Of a stretch of 64,000 nt of DNA, positions 39,101 through 51,726 are shown in pieces (the stretch's first letter is position 1; the number at the start of each line of letters is the position of its first letter). The notes under the pieces were generated by a model. It searched no databases. It was not told where the DNA came from and was given only the letters and a program-made list of their open reading frames with translations. The position numbers and the translations under genes are program-made. Origin of the DNA: Mizuhopecten yessoensis (lineage: Eukaryota); the NCBI RefSeq assembly GCF_002113885.1, contig NW_018405003.1:15240-79239 (forward strand), read 5' to 3'.

Positions 39101-40189
39101 CGAACGTCATCACCCTCAATAACAGTATCATACCCGTTCAAAGTAAAAAAAAAAATATATATAATTCTAAGGCATACGATTTAGAACAAGTATGATAACC
39201 ATCAAATTTTTACATATACTATTATTGTTATCAAAGAATTTCCTTTCCAGGCTAGCTGACGACAATTATATATGAGCCGAGTTCTTCTCATGTTCATATT
39301 TAAATGACCGTCGAGACACGCCCTAAATGGACGAAACGGCCATATTGGTATAGTAAAATTATTCTTATAATTATTCATTATCTTTGTTTGGCTCTCTGTA
39401 TCTACCTACTAAGCTTTTACTTTACCTAGTATTTCAAGATATTATCTGACATATCTATTGCATAATTATTCACTTAATTTTTGTACTTTATGAACTCCAA
39501 AATTTTCAAATTGTCAAAATAACTAACTTCTCTGATTCAATTTGATATTCCTTACAGGGTGAAGCGATCAAAACCATACCAAATGAGGGGCGGATTATGT
39601 ACCCAGACAGTAGTTTTGGTTGAGAATCATGATGCTACGCCTTGATGGTATGCTTTTGCAGTGAGCATTAAACTTTCAGAGTGATATTACGCCCCTATAA
39701 TGGTCTAATCGAATCTTAAACCAGGATCATACAATGTAACAACCTGCAATGTGTGTCCTGCGTTTATATGTTAAAGTCTCAAGCGAACCAACTAGTTCAC
39801 AGTTGAATATTTCTAATTAAAATTATGTTACAAAATCATCCTTTTACTTCTGCTAACATGTCGCATTCAACGCAGAAACACAAATGGAGCGAAGATATGG
39901 AACATTGATGAACCGCCGATTTGGAAGTTTCTCTTTTGTATATCCACTTCAGGATCAATGAACTATATCACAGGCTGTTAAGTTGTTCCAGTAAAGGTTC
40001 GATAAAACCTGACCAAGAGACAACCTGCATTAAGACACCTCTTTTGCTATGCCTCATTACAGTTATTTAGATTGCAACTGAACAAGTACAAGAAACTCAC
40101 CTGCGATAGGATGAAACAATCTAACGGTTATCCTTTACTGTCGATGTTAATGTACTCAAAATTACATCGGATTTGAGCAACTTTCAATA

Positions 40190-40590
40190 TTAATAATAAT
40201 AATTATAATATACAACATTTGATATAGCGCCCTATCTAGCTAACCTAAGTCACTCTAAAGCGCTTTACAGTACATATATATACAATTTTTACAATCAATA
40301 GAATTAGCATATACCATAATCAAACCAATTTTTGTGGAATTCGCAGGAACTGCCTTATCAGGCGCTAACTACTAGTCATATGCCACCTGGCTAATATCTC
40401 CCTATATGTGTATGCCTGCCTGTGTGCTGGAGATGAATTGTGTTCTGTCCGAGTGGAACCGTGCTTCCAACGGTATCATTTATAGTGCCACCTCACTTGA
40501 ATGCAACAGCACAGATACCGCAACATCCACCCAGACTATTTTATACCACTCGACCAATCCTCCCATATCATTCTATGAATAATGTACTTG
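40190..40590 (-). mobile_element. Degenerate SINE with Meta-like body and L2-like 3' tail
   Basis: Minus strand GTAAAGCGCTTTAGAG..GGCGCTATATCAAATG..(TTA)n tail. Body TTCAAGTGAGGTGGCACTATAAA resembles the central domain at 44300. Confidence 0.6.
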
Positions 40591-40599
40591 CTTTACATG

Positions 40600-40600
<1 letters not shown>

Positions 40601-40639
<39 letters not shown>
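40601..40639. repeat. Poly-C homopolymer (39 nt)
   Basis: Direct count. Confidence 0.95.
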
Positions 40640-40910
40640 TTACATACTGGTAAGTATGAGCAACATATGAGGGTACCCTGTAGAATATGAAGTTTCCTTC
40701 CCTATTCCTCTTTAAAGAGGGCATGGAAGAGACGAAAGAGACCTGCTTACCCCTTTTCATTCGGTTTTCCTCTGACAACATATATTAGTCCCTTCAAGTT
40801 AATTGAAGACCGAATACATGTATGTGTTCCGGTTCGTATCGAAAACAGACCTACTCCCCATTTCACCTGTTCTCATATGAATCTTACTGTTGCAACAGTT
40901 AGATTTATAT

Positions 40911-41148
40911 GTTATTAAAATCACAAAGGTCGACTGAACTAGGCGATTGATTACAGGTAATCATGTAAGGATATTACACGTTTGAACAATTAGATACCGT
41001 TATTATGTCACAGATAAAAAGAAGCAGATAGTATTTAGGCCTGGATTAATCAGTAAGGTTATTACCCAGTTCAATAAAGCGTCTGACAGATTTTATCACG
41101 CTCACACAAAGGTGGGTCATAATCGAGTGCATGCTAGTCGCGTGTTTG
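40911..41148 (+). repeat. Dispersed direct repeat, block B copy 1 (copy 2 at 44979-45214)
   Basis: GTTATTAAAATCACAAAGGT.GACTGAACTAGGCGATT ... TAGTCGCGTGTTTG is shared at high identity. Confidence 0.92.
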
Positions 41149-41413
41149 AATTGTCTTAAAGGTACATCGTACATTGTATTCATATGTCTGTTCTGAACAT
41201 CACGACACTATATTAAAATATTAAAGTAATAAGAGACAAAATGCTTAACTGTTTGCATATTTCACTCTAAGATATAATTGATAAATTAATTAATGGTTGT
41301 TTAGAAATACTATCTGAAATTCTTAAATGTTTAAATGATTTTTTCATACTATACATTTGTGAAAATTTTACCATTTGTCATCAAAATTAAGAATCCCTTT
41401 TTATTTCTTTCAG

Positions 41414-42126
41414 AACTTACTGGAGATGCACCATCACCAACTGTCTTGCTACAATACCTGCAATAACATCATAGTAGGTGTCGGACAACATCCACACAAT
41501 CACCCGGGAGATCAAGCCAGCATTGTGCCAAGGAGATCATGAACTCCATTACTGACCGCTGCCAGCAAGAAATTAGACCAATTCCTACCATCTACAATGA
41601 GGAACTCTATAAACTGCGAGACGACGAATGGGATGATGAGACAAGAGCCGTTGTGGAGAAGATACCCACCTTCAACACTTTGAAATCTCAACTGTACAGA
41701 GCTAGACGCAAGCTAACACCAAAGCTACCAACCACAACCCAGGACATTGAAATCGAGGGAAGATGGACAGAAACCACTACTGGAGAGCGCTTCTTGCACA
41801 TTGACGATGGGGACCAATGCAGAATCCTCGCCTTCGCCACCTCAGAGAACTTAGCTGACCTTGCTACAGCTGACTGCATCTACTTCGATGGAACCTTCTA
41901 CACCTGTCCTAGCATCTTCCATCAGATCTACACCATACACATCGAGATAGAGAGATCCATTGACCCAGTCGTATACGCCCTTCTACCCGGGAAAAGCCAA
42001 CACATCTATACTAGATTCTTCACACTTCTGCAGACATTAATGACAGACAACAACCTACCCATGATGCCAACCACTGCATTCGTAGACTTCGAACAGCTGT
42101 CCACAACGCCATCCGCACCGTCTTCC
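41414..42126 (+). pseudogene. Mutator-like (MULE) transposase fragment with FLYWCH zinc finger; frameshifted and 3'-truncated
   Basis: After acceptor TTTCTTTCAG (41413): TYWRCTITNC..HPHNHP (FLYWCH). ORF 41539-42252 has DGTFYTCP..FHQIYTIH..PVVYALLPGKS..Y..FF and DFE. A frameshift after DFE continues AVHNAIRTVF, then homology stops. Confidence 0.9.
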
Positions 42127-43004
42127 TCTGACACCATATATAACTCCCTTCCAGTTAATCCGAGACCGGATACATTTACGTATTCGGATGTTTCCTTTGT
42201 ACACGTTGAACGCATATTTCATCAATCGAACAATCATTATTTTACATGTTAATTTCATAAAAAAAGAGTTGTTTTTGTGACAAGTGAAATACAATTTATG
42301 TTGATAGGGTTATCGAAAAAGCAGGTTCCATAACCAAATGAAATAAGCAGAAGGCATACACAGGTAAGCGTCACGAGGACTTGTCTTCACACCATCTATA
42401 GGTTCATCATTTTTGCATATTCGTACTCATTTAAATTATTCTAAATCTTTAACAAAATTACAATATACTTCGAACACGAAGAAAAACAGAAAAACAGAAA
42501 AGCATAGGGGATGGCGTGGTTAAGTGTAATGTCCTTCTGTTTGTCGATTCAGGAGGAAGACAATTTTACCATAACAAAACTTAAAGTGGGGATTCAAATT
42601 TTGGAAAGTTTTTATTCATATTGTCCTTGTGGATAATGAATCCTTCTAATGAACAGAACATATGATATAATAAATATTTGATAAAAGTATTTTAAATCTT
42701 ATTGGATATATACGAAAATCAAAGTGAATCAGAGTTGTATGAAAACAATGGAGTCTATCTGACCTTTTTTCCGTTTACAGGACATCCCTCTTTAAAGAGT
42801 GTATAACCTGAGTATGTTTTCACCAATTGATTTTAAAACATTACTAATAAATACAAATATTGTGAATTTAAAAACGTTGTTTGAGATTGAAGACGTACTT
42901 TCCGAACGTTTTTTTTTTGTCTGTGCTTCATTAATTAATTAATTAACTTTATTTATTGATTTTATTTTATATTTTTTATTTCAATTTATTTGTTTTTATT
43001 TATA

Positions 43005-44121
43005 TTTAGATCACCTGAGACAAAGTCTCAAGTGACCTATTGCGATCGCCTTTTGTCCGTTGTCGTCCGTCGTCCATCGTCCGTCGTGCATCCGTAAACA
43101 ATTTACATTTTCGACTTCCTCTATAAAACCCCTGAACTAATTTCAATGTAATTTTGCAGAAACCTTCCATGGCCAAAGTTCAACCACAACTGTGAATTAT
43201 ATGGTCCCCAACCCCCAGGGGCCTGAGGGGCGGGTTCAAAAAGGGTCAAATTGACTAAAATTTAAAAAATCTTCTTCTCAAGACCCAAATATGGTAGAAT
43301 CAAATACTATTCATAGATTGAGGGGTCTTTAGGTGCTTAACCAAAATTGTGAATTTCATGACCCCAGGGTCTCACGTTTCACCATGGGAAGGGGGTCAAC
43401 TTTACTATAGTTTATATAGGGAAATGACATTTTGGACCAACATTTATTTAATTTACATTGGAAGTAATTCAATTAGAGTTAGCATTATCAGTATTGGATA
43501 GTAGTTTGATGGTATGCACATATCAGCCCTGACTGACCCCCAGGGGCTGATGGATTGGGCAAAAAAGGGCCGAATTGACTGAAATTTCAAAAAAAACTTC
43601 TTCTCAAGACCCAAATATGGTAGAATCAAATACTCTTCATAGAATGAAGGGTCTTAAAGTGCTTAACAAAAATTGTGAATTTCATGACCCTGGGGTCTCA
43701 CGTTTCACCATGGAAGGGGGTGCACTTTATTATAATTTATAGAGGGAAATCACGTTTTAAAATTTATTAAGGAAAATGATACTTGGAATATTACATGTTG
43801 ATAAGTTGATTAGAATTATAGCCCTGAGTTGACAGTTTGATACTTTGAAAGTGTTGAGCCAGCCCTACCCCCAAGGGCTGTAGGGCGCCCAAAGGAGTCA
43901 GTGTGCAAAACTTTCTTCATTTTCCTTTTTTAGAATCAGAGGTGCTTGTTTCAAATACTTTTAAGTCTTAAATCTGTATGCTAGATATTGAATAAGGTTG
44001 TTTATTGCTTTTTTGTCACTTTGAATAATACTTCTGTTCATATGTTTTAAAAACAAAAATCAACTCTCTGTATAAATATATCAGAACTCGGATGACCGTT
44101 AAGGCCCATGGGCCTCTTGTT
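43005..44121 (+). mobile_element. Helentron-associated non-autonomous element (HINE) with internal satellite-like repeats
   Basis: 5' TTTAGATCACCTGAGACAAAGTCTCAAGTGACC (subTIR + hairpin), (CGTC)n microsatellite, internal ~326-bp direct repeat (43271 vs 43597), 3' CTCGGATGACC and palindrome AGGCCCATGGGCCT-CTTGTT. Confidence 0.9.
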
Positions 44122-44219
44122 TTGTTTTTATTTTCATAAGTATCAATTTCTTTTATAAACTTTCTTTGATGATGTCGCAACTTGTTCATTAATACCATGA
44201 CGACAGTTGTAAAACAAAA

Positions 44220-44489
44220 CGGTTACTGGTTTCACTGTTTCGCACGTTGTCGGTATTATGTGACCGGATTGGGTGTTCTGCTGGGTGTCTTCGGCAGTAT
44301 GTTTCAGTGAGGTGGCACTAAAATGTCGGCATCAGTTCCTCACTATCACAAGGAGACAAACACGAACATATCACAGCCTCCCAAAACACACACGCATACA
44401 CTACACGTATGCATTTTGCACACATGGGAGGCCGTCCTTAAATTACCATAGCTGTTGTTATGGCGTTAAACAATACTAAACCAAACCAA
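44220..44489 (+). mobile_element. 5'-truncated copy of the SINE at 35655-36178
   Basis: CTGCTGGGTGTCTTCGGCAGTATGTTTCAGT...ACAAGGAGACAAACACGAACATATC...CAATACTAAACCAAACCAA is shared. Confidence 0.9.
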
Positions 44490-44978
44490 GCCCTGATGTG
44501 ATAGTTTAACACAAATAACCTGTGAATACAGTCATTTTTAGACTAAGGGATTAATGAGTAAATCCATGCTTCGTAACTGTAATTGGTACAATGCAAGTAG
44601 AAGTTACCTCCCTTGCATCAACTTTAAAGTTTTATGGCTTGAAATATGTTCTTTAAGAATAATCTTCGAAATTATATTCAACGAGCATTTCGATTGAAAT
44701 CTTTCAGTTCTCTGGAGTAACCAGTTTGAAAAGAATACAACGATATCAAAGCTTGTATCAAGAAAATACACCTCTGCCTGAAACTTTGTGCCGCCATACA
44801 TTTTATCTGCAGAGCGGTCAAAGAAAAGCAACTCGTACTCAAATAATACTCCATTCCAAGCCCGCTGCGAAGATATATTTAGGTTTGAGGACGTTTGGAC
44901 GTGTATTTTTGCTGAAATAGTGTCATCATGCCCAGTTTCGATGAAAAATAAATCTTTAAACTACCAAAGTCTTCTTTC

Positions 44979-45370
44979 GTTATTAAAATCACAAAGGTTG
45001 ACTGAACTAGGCGATTAATTACAGGTAGTCATGTAAAGATATTACACGTTTGATCAAATTGATACCGTTATTATGTCACTGATAAAAAAGCAGATCATAT
45101 TTAGGCCTGAGTTAATCAGTTAGGTTATTACCCAGATCAATAAAACATCTGACAGATTATGTCACGCTCACACAAAGGTGGGTCATAATCGAGTGCATGC
45201 TAGTCGCGTGTTTGTATCACGGACACCACGTTCGGGTCTCCTCTGACACTATATATAACTCCCTTCCAGATAATCTGAGACGTATGTATGTGTTTTGAGT
45301 TCCGGTTCGTGTCGGACCACAGATAGGCTGACCAGACCTCATGAGGCCACTCCCTTCCTTATCTGAAATC
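44979..45370 (+). repeat. Dispersed repeat: block B copy 2 followed by block A (A also at ~40760-40880 and 42124-42190)
   Basis: TCCTCTGACA..ATATAT...TCCCTTC.AG.TAAT motif occurs three times. TTCCGGTTCGT.TCG is shared by the copies at ~40830 and ~45300. Confidence 0.85.
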
Positions 45371-46359
45371 ACGTGTATTACCACAGAAAACCCACCCAGT
45401 TTACTTTAGACCACATATAGTCGTTCTGGAGGAAACCATGTAAAGATTATAAATTTAGTACAATCCTTGAGCAAATACTTTTATTTTATCTTTCAGAAAT
45501 ATATCATAAAACAAAATAAGTGTGCGGTTGAACACAACAAATCCATATGGGCTACACTTAAATTATACACACCATGAGTACAAGTTTTAGACCTGTTTAT
45601 TAAAACAATGGCAAAAAGGACATACAATTTGTTTACAACTTGTGTAATGCACGAGGCAAAATTATCAACTCGTACATTGTGCCAAAAGGTTTAGACAAAG
45701 AACACTATCTCCGCCATTAGTAACAAGGTTTTACTACCTCTATAGAATAATAATAAAAAAACTATCATATTGTCAGATTTGTTTTTATAAATTTAAAACC
45801 ACAAAGGGAATTCTATGTATCAAAACGGAAAATGAACATGTATCAAACCAAATCATATGAAGAACTTAATTTTGCAGCAGAAGATTTATTATGGAAACGC
45901 TACAAATGGCTTCCTTTATACCTGCAATAGACTGCAAAGGATAAACGTCAGACACACTTTATATTTGGTAATAGATACGCCTTGCCAATACAAAAAGTAC
46001 ACTGCACCAATCAGCTGAAAGATACTTACCTATCAGAAGTACAAGTCAATATTTGCGTATGAGATAAACATCACGTTTGATTTGCATGAACTTTGATTGT
46101 GATTATAATAATTTAAAAAAAGCAATGCAACAGTGACTACAACAGCGACAGGCCGATGCAGTAAAAGGTTGTAAAATGACAAAATAACAGGAAATGAAAT
46201 CACCTTACATAATACTTTTAATTGCATAGGTTAGTATTCAAAAGCAGAAGACAGTAAATAATCAACAAAGTATTGCTTGTTTTGATAACATAATAGCATA
46301 ACAATAAATGTGATTGTGTAAGAAAAAATGATATGTTAGAGTTGTGCATTTCTATGTGT

Positions 46360-46940
46360 CAGAATGTTGGGAGATCATTACAAAGGATGAAGATCGGGTG
46401 ACCACCTTTCACAACAGATGACTTGGGAGAATACAAAGCATAATGTGTAAGAGCAAATTTCGGCGGTTTCGNCACCCCAACCCCCACCCCTTCTTTACGG
46501 GAGGGGAGGGGGAGGGGTAAATGAGTGCGAATATATCCACATTTACAGATTATGTAGATAATTGATAAATATGTTTTACAGATTGCTGAAATTTCCTCAC
46601 CGCGATAAACTGAAAAGGGCACGACGCTAACATATCCATATGTGAAAAGATTCCACTTTTCCAGTATAAATAGAGTACAGTGATATTGACTATCTTACAA
46701 GCATAATGAGGATTGAGTCCCAGCTGACATGGGAATGCAGCCATGGGATAAATGTAGGATTGTGTGATATCTATACCACCAGCGAACAGAATAGTAGGAC
46801 GACCAAAGGCAATTCCTAGCAGAATGGGTAAAATGAAAGAGAAGAGAGGACATCCCTTGGTTAGAAGTCATAGGGAAATCATCCTACCACTATTTGTCTA
46901 ATGAATGTGACATGGTACCTTCCATTCTAGTCTCTTCTAC
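46360..46940 (+). mobile_element. Degenerate RTE-like LINE 3' remnant, interrupted by a small MITE-like insert (~46455-46690)
   Basis: Translated fragments TTFHNR*LGRIQSI, IMRI and PPANRIVGRPK match the order of RTE C-terminal motifs (F.N.CLRRIL.I, GH..R, R..GRP). Stops and frameshifts present. Confidence 0.45.
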
Positions 46941-48910
46941 AAAGCAACCTACCAGATGTGGTGGCTGAAATGTTGACTTGTACTATGTGACATCTGGCGT
47001 TAATGGGTAAAATTGATAAAAGACATATACATTCAAAGTGATTCAATCATACCTCAGGTATAGTCAGTATTGTTTGATCTGTTGAAACTATTGTAATATG
47101 AATAAAATTAACCTGTGGCCTTAATTGATGGAAAGATATTAATAAGAAACATATCATAAAGGATAATTGCATTATGGATTTGTTTTGGCCTGGATAATCT
47201 CATAAGTTTGTATTAATTAATATATTACCTGTTCCACGAACAAGTTGTCAAGCTTAAAGCTCTAACGAAATTAACACAAAAACCAACATTGACACATTGT
47301 TCTGGTGTTCGTAAATGTCGAAGCTTTTAAAAAACGTATGCTTTTTTGGTAGTCAAACCGTCAGAAAAGTGAAATATGAAACTATTGATACATTTCCCGT
47401 AAGTTTGAGCACGGTACGTAATATGCTGTTAAGCTGGTTTAATTTCAGATAATATTATGACCCTGTAATATCAAGTTTCTGAAGTTTGGATTGTTAGACT
47501 GTCACGAACGCTAACACACTGCCACACCTGACGTGGTGTGGTGTGTGAAGTGTGTTTATCACCGACACAATCTGAATACATTACGTATCTTATAACCTAT
47601 CTTCCTTCATTTTAATTACCGCCAAAACACTCATTGTCAAACAGCGTGTGACAACTAACCGTATACCCGTAGACCCTACAAGTACTCAGTGCCGTACTAA
47701 CAGGTGTAAAATATAAGATATAAAATATATAATTCTCATTTGGTTTGGTTTGATTTGTTTGTGTTTTACGTACTATTAACGGCTATAGACATTTAAGGAC
47801 ATGCACGTTTTTTGGTAGTCGATAAAAGCTATCAAAGTATCTGGAGAACAAACATCGACTAGCGGCCATTAATTTTCTCAAAGCGTAAAGCTGTTAAAAG
47901 TCAATAAAATCGTTATACTGCCACAATTCACCAAAAGAAAGTTTAGCGTTATCAAGGCTTTAACGATAGTTGTATGGCGACATATCAAATAAGTGTAAGG
48001 GTACTTTTGTTTGTTTGGGGGTGGCGTGGGAGGGGGGTGGGGGGTGGTGGGATTGATATGTTGTTGGCGGTGCATCGCGTAACAACTTAAAAGAGGAAGC
48101 GCAGATTTATAATTAATGGCAGATGTTAAGTGCAAATTGTGAATTGTTGTTGTTTTGGACGATGGACGATGATTATAAAATTAAAATAAAAGATATAAAA
48201 GAAAATGCATCGCTTTAGTATCAACAACCAGTTTTAATTTATAATTCAATATTTAAAAGACGTATGTGTGATCCATATATATACATTCAAAATCAGTAAA
48301 GAGACTTATTTAATTCCATTCCATAATTTAAATTCCATATATTTGCATCATTTTTATGCATTACTTTTCTCGTTTCCTAATTTGAATTTTACCAGTACTC
48401 CTCTTACCATAAAAATGAGTGTAATAATTGGATTTACGTACCTCGCCTTGTTTTTCAACAGAAGGTTTAGACAAATTTGGATATCCAATCGTCCAGCCCA
48501 TAGCATCGTCGCTGATGCATTGATGGACGAGATACTTATATAGTGCAGTGTAATTAATTATTGGCATGCTGTATTTATTACCAAACTTTCAGCGTGGAGT
48601 CCCTTGTGTGTGTCTTATATATATATATCATTTAAGATGCAGTTGTATGCAGCATTATATGATAATATCAAACAATTGTGCTGCATTTTCATACAATATT
48701 CCTTTTATAATGCTTATTTATACAACTTTGAGTGAAATAAAAACATAGTTACTCAGCAAAATAAATATTCATACACAGTAAAATAAAACGAACATACAAT
48801 GGCTCTCCTTGATTTACAAGCATCAATTTTAAATTACTACAATCTTTTCTATACTGCCTTTGTATTTGAGATGTTTGTCCCTCTTTTTCCTCCGACACTA
48901 TTCCCATCGT

Positions 48911-49276
48911 ACATGCCTAGTCATTGTCTCTATCGTCGCTATTATCTGAATTATTCTTCTTCACCTCCTCAATAACACTTGCGTGGGTTTCAAGCAATTC
49001 ATAATTACTTGCATAAAGTCGACCATATGCTCTTGAATATCAAACACAGATTTCTAGATGTTAATATAGATGCTAGTTTGGTGATATTTATTCTATATAT
49101 GTAGTAGATATACCAACCTCCCGCGGCCTCGGATAACAACTATAGCTTATTGCTTTCAAATATTTCTAATTAAGCTAGATGTTCCGGTTATCAACAAAAC
49201 ATTCTTGCAAACATTGTTTTGTTTTTGTATTACTTAACGGCCCATCGACAATGTCAGTCATTTAGAGTTCCTTGCG
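48911..49276 (+). repeat. Local duplication, copy 1 (~365 bp)
   Basis: ACATGCCTAGTCATTG...CCCGCGGCCTCGG...TTTCAAATATTTCTAATTAAGCTAGAT...GTTCCTTGC repeated at 50238-50587. Confidence 0.92.
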
Positions 49277-50237
49277 ATGAAAGCAATGAAGGTATAAAGC
49301 GTCAACATGATTTTTTCCAAAATGTCCAAGGCCTCTCGTGTAAATGCCTTGGATATTTTATAATCATTTGTCGGTAATGTTTCAAACACGTTGATGATCT
49401 AATGAAGTAACGCTTTATTGCCTGTTTTTGTATTTCATTGTAATACTCATAACATCGTGAACAGCTAATTATGTGAGAGTTGACCTTAAACATAACCATC
49501 ATACAAAATGAACAAGAGAGCCTAGTCAGAGTAGATGTACTATATTCTACTGTAAGCAAACACAGAATCAGTGCATGCACGTACATACTCGACCATTAAT
49601 CGTGTATTTTAGAAAGTGTTAATACCGCAAACAAAAATAGGTGTCTAGGGTACCTTACGCGCCATACCTCTTTTTATAAAAAGATTTTTTTAGCATTATA
49701 CTGTTAGATATTCGTGGATACTATTTTCATGATTCAAATCTCTTTAGATCGTTTCATGGTTCAAACTAAAGCAGATACACCATGCAAACAAATAGTACTC
49801 AAGGGTATAAAGCCAATTCTTTGTATTTGATTTTTTGGTTCAATATAAATCTCGAAAACCAAGAAAGGTTAAACACAGTGAGCATGTCGTGTTAACAAAT
49901 ATGTGTGAATGACATAAATATAAGTATTACGTCAATAGCACATTCTATGACGTCAATAATAGTTTCTTTTCTCACAACAATCCATAACAGCAATTGTAAA
50001 TGATTGTTTTTGTAATGAAAAATTCCTTATGAACGTGCCAGGATATTTTCTACTTTGATTCCATCTACTTCCTGTAATTACCCATCGATACATTTACTAT
50101 TGTAACCACGCTTTCGAAGCCGGGATTTTAGGTTTGCCCTATGCTTAGTGTTGTCATTGAATTGTATCATTCTTACAGATACGCTGTTATCTCAGTCAAA
50201 GACAGAATCCAGGATTTTTCTTGGTGTGGGTCGGGTG

Positions 50238-50587
50238 ACATGCCTAGTCATTGGCTCTATTGTCACTATTATCTAACTAATTCTTTTCCACGCCTTCATT
50301 AAAACTTACGTGGGTTTCAAGCAAGTCATAGCGACTTGCATAAATTCGACCATATGCTCCTGAAAATATAGATGCTAATTTGTTTGTTTGGTAATACTTA
50401 TCCTTTATATGTAGTAGATATACTAACATCCCGCGGCCTCGGCTAACACCTTCAGCTGATTGCTTTCAAATATTTCTAATTAAGCTAGATATTTCGGTTA
50501 TTGACGAAAGGTTTTTGGAAAGATTGTTTTTGTTTTTTGTATTTTTTAACGACCCATCGCCAATGTGAGTCATTAGGGTTCCTTGCA
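50238..50587 (+). repeat. Local duplication, copy 2
   Basis: Matches 48911-49276. Lies between 19-bp direct repeats at 50218-50236 and 50734-50752. Confidence 0.92.
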
Positions 50588-51726
50588 ATTAAAATACAGA
50601 ACAGGAAAACGAATTGTGCATCTATTATAAATACACGTTGAATTAATACCTAATGATATTCCATAAAATCCTGTAAAGGCTTTTGGTTTGGTTTGGTTTG
50701 TTTGTGTTTTAAGTCCTGTTAACATTTAGATTCTTCTTGGTGTGGGTCGGGTTTCATGAGATATTCCTGACAAAGAGCAGCTGATTGTCTGTAGGATTCT
50801 TATCGTGAGATAAACACTGCATTTCTTGAAAGAATTAAATAAGATTTAGGAATTTATTAATTGCTCCTAAAGTCGAAATTATAGTAACTACTTTTTGAAT
50901 GTGTGAAATGAAATCAGGCTCTCTCTGAGGTAATACAGCGCTGGTTGCTCTATTCTTAATCACGATCACGCCCTTGATACAAGAAGAATTTTTTTGTAAC
51001 CGTTGTCTTTAACATGATAAAAAAATCAAACAAATTGATTGTCACAACTATGAAGTGTAAGAGTGAAATAACTGTCACGATGTACGTACGAAGAAGATAA
51101 TTTCTAACAGAATCAACCTTGACACTTGCTTACTGAACATACATCCTCATTGCGATATTGTTCAGTTAACTTTTGCTGTACATGATTGTCTCTTTCCTGT
51201 TCCTGTATTTGCCCAATATAAGACTGAAGACGGTAAATAGAGATGATAAAGTTAACGTTTGGAGAATGATATTGAGTGCTAAGTTATGATGTCATAAAGC
51301 CAATGACGATATTCATACGGCACAGCCACTTGCGTTTCCCTCCCCCTCAACCCCATCCTCCCACTTTTTTACAAACTAAGACGACTTGTGTTGGTTGGGG
51401 TGTGGCTGAAATAAATGGATAGGAGAAATGATCATCCTCTACCTTGAGGATGTAAAAGAAATCTCGAAATGTTGGTGTTATTAATTCGTAGTCTTACCAT
51501 AAGCATAGACTTTTTCGACAGAAAACGTAGAATGTTGGAGAAATAGGTTTATTCCAACCTCCATGGGTTTGTCGCCCATTTACAGAGGCGATACATATAG
51601 TATTTCCTATCTTTAGGGTGTTACAGAGAAAATCTCTAACCCTAGGGCTGAGCGTGCCGATCTGCCGAGAGTATGACAACCAAATAATCATCCCAAGGGT
51701 TAGGGATTTCTACCGTCCTACTATTA

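Noticed and set aside
40440-40781. Poly-Pro and poly-Gly ORFs
   Set aside because: They are produced by the poly-C run within repeat remnants.
41539-42252. Intact or domesticated transposase gene
   Set aside because: There are frameshifts upstream and after DFE, the catalytic domain is truncated, and the ORF tail is unrelated sequence.
50179-50810. Exon interrupted by the 500-bp insertion
   Set aside because: An acceptor-like TCTTACAG is present, but all three reconstructed frames hit stops and show no recognisable homology.
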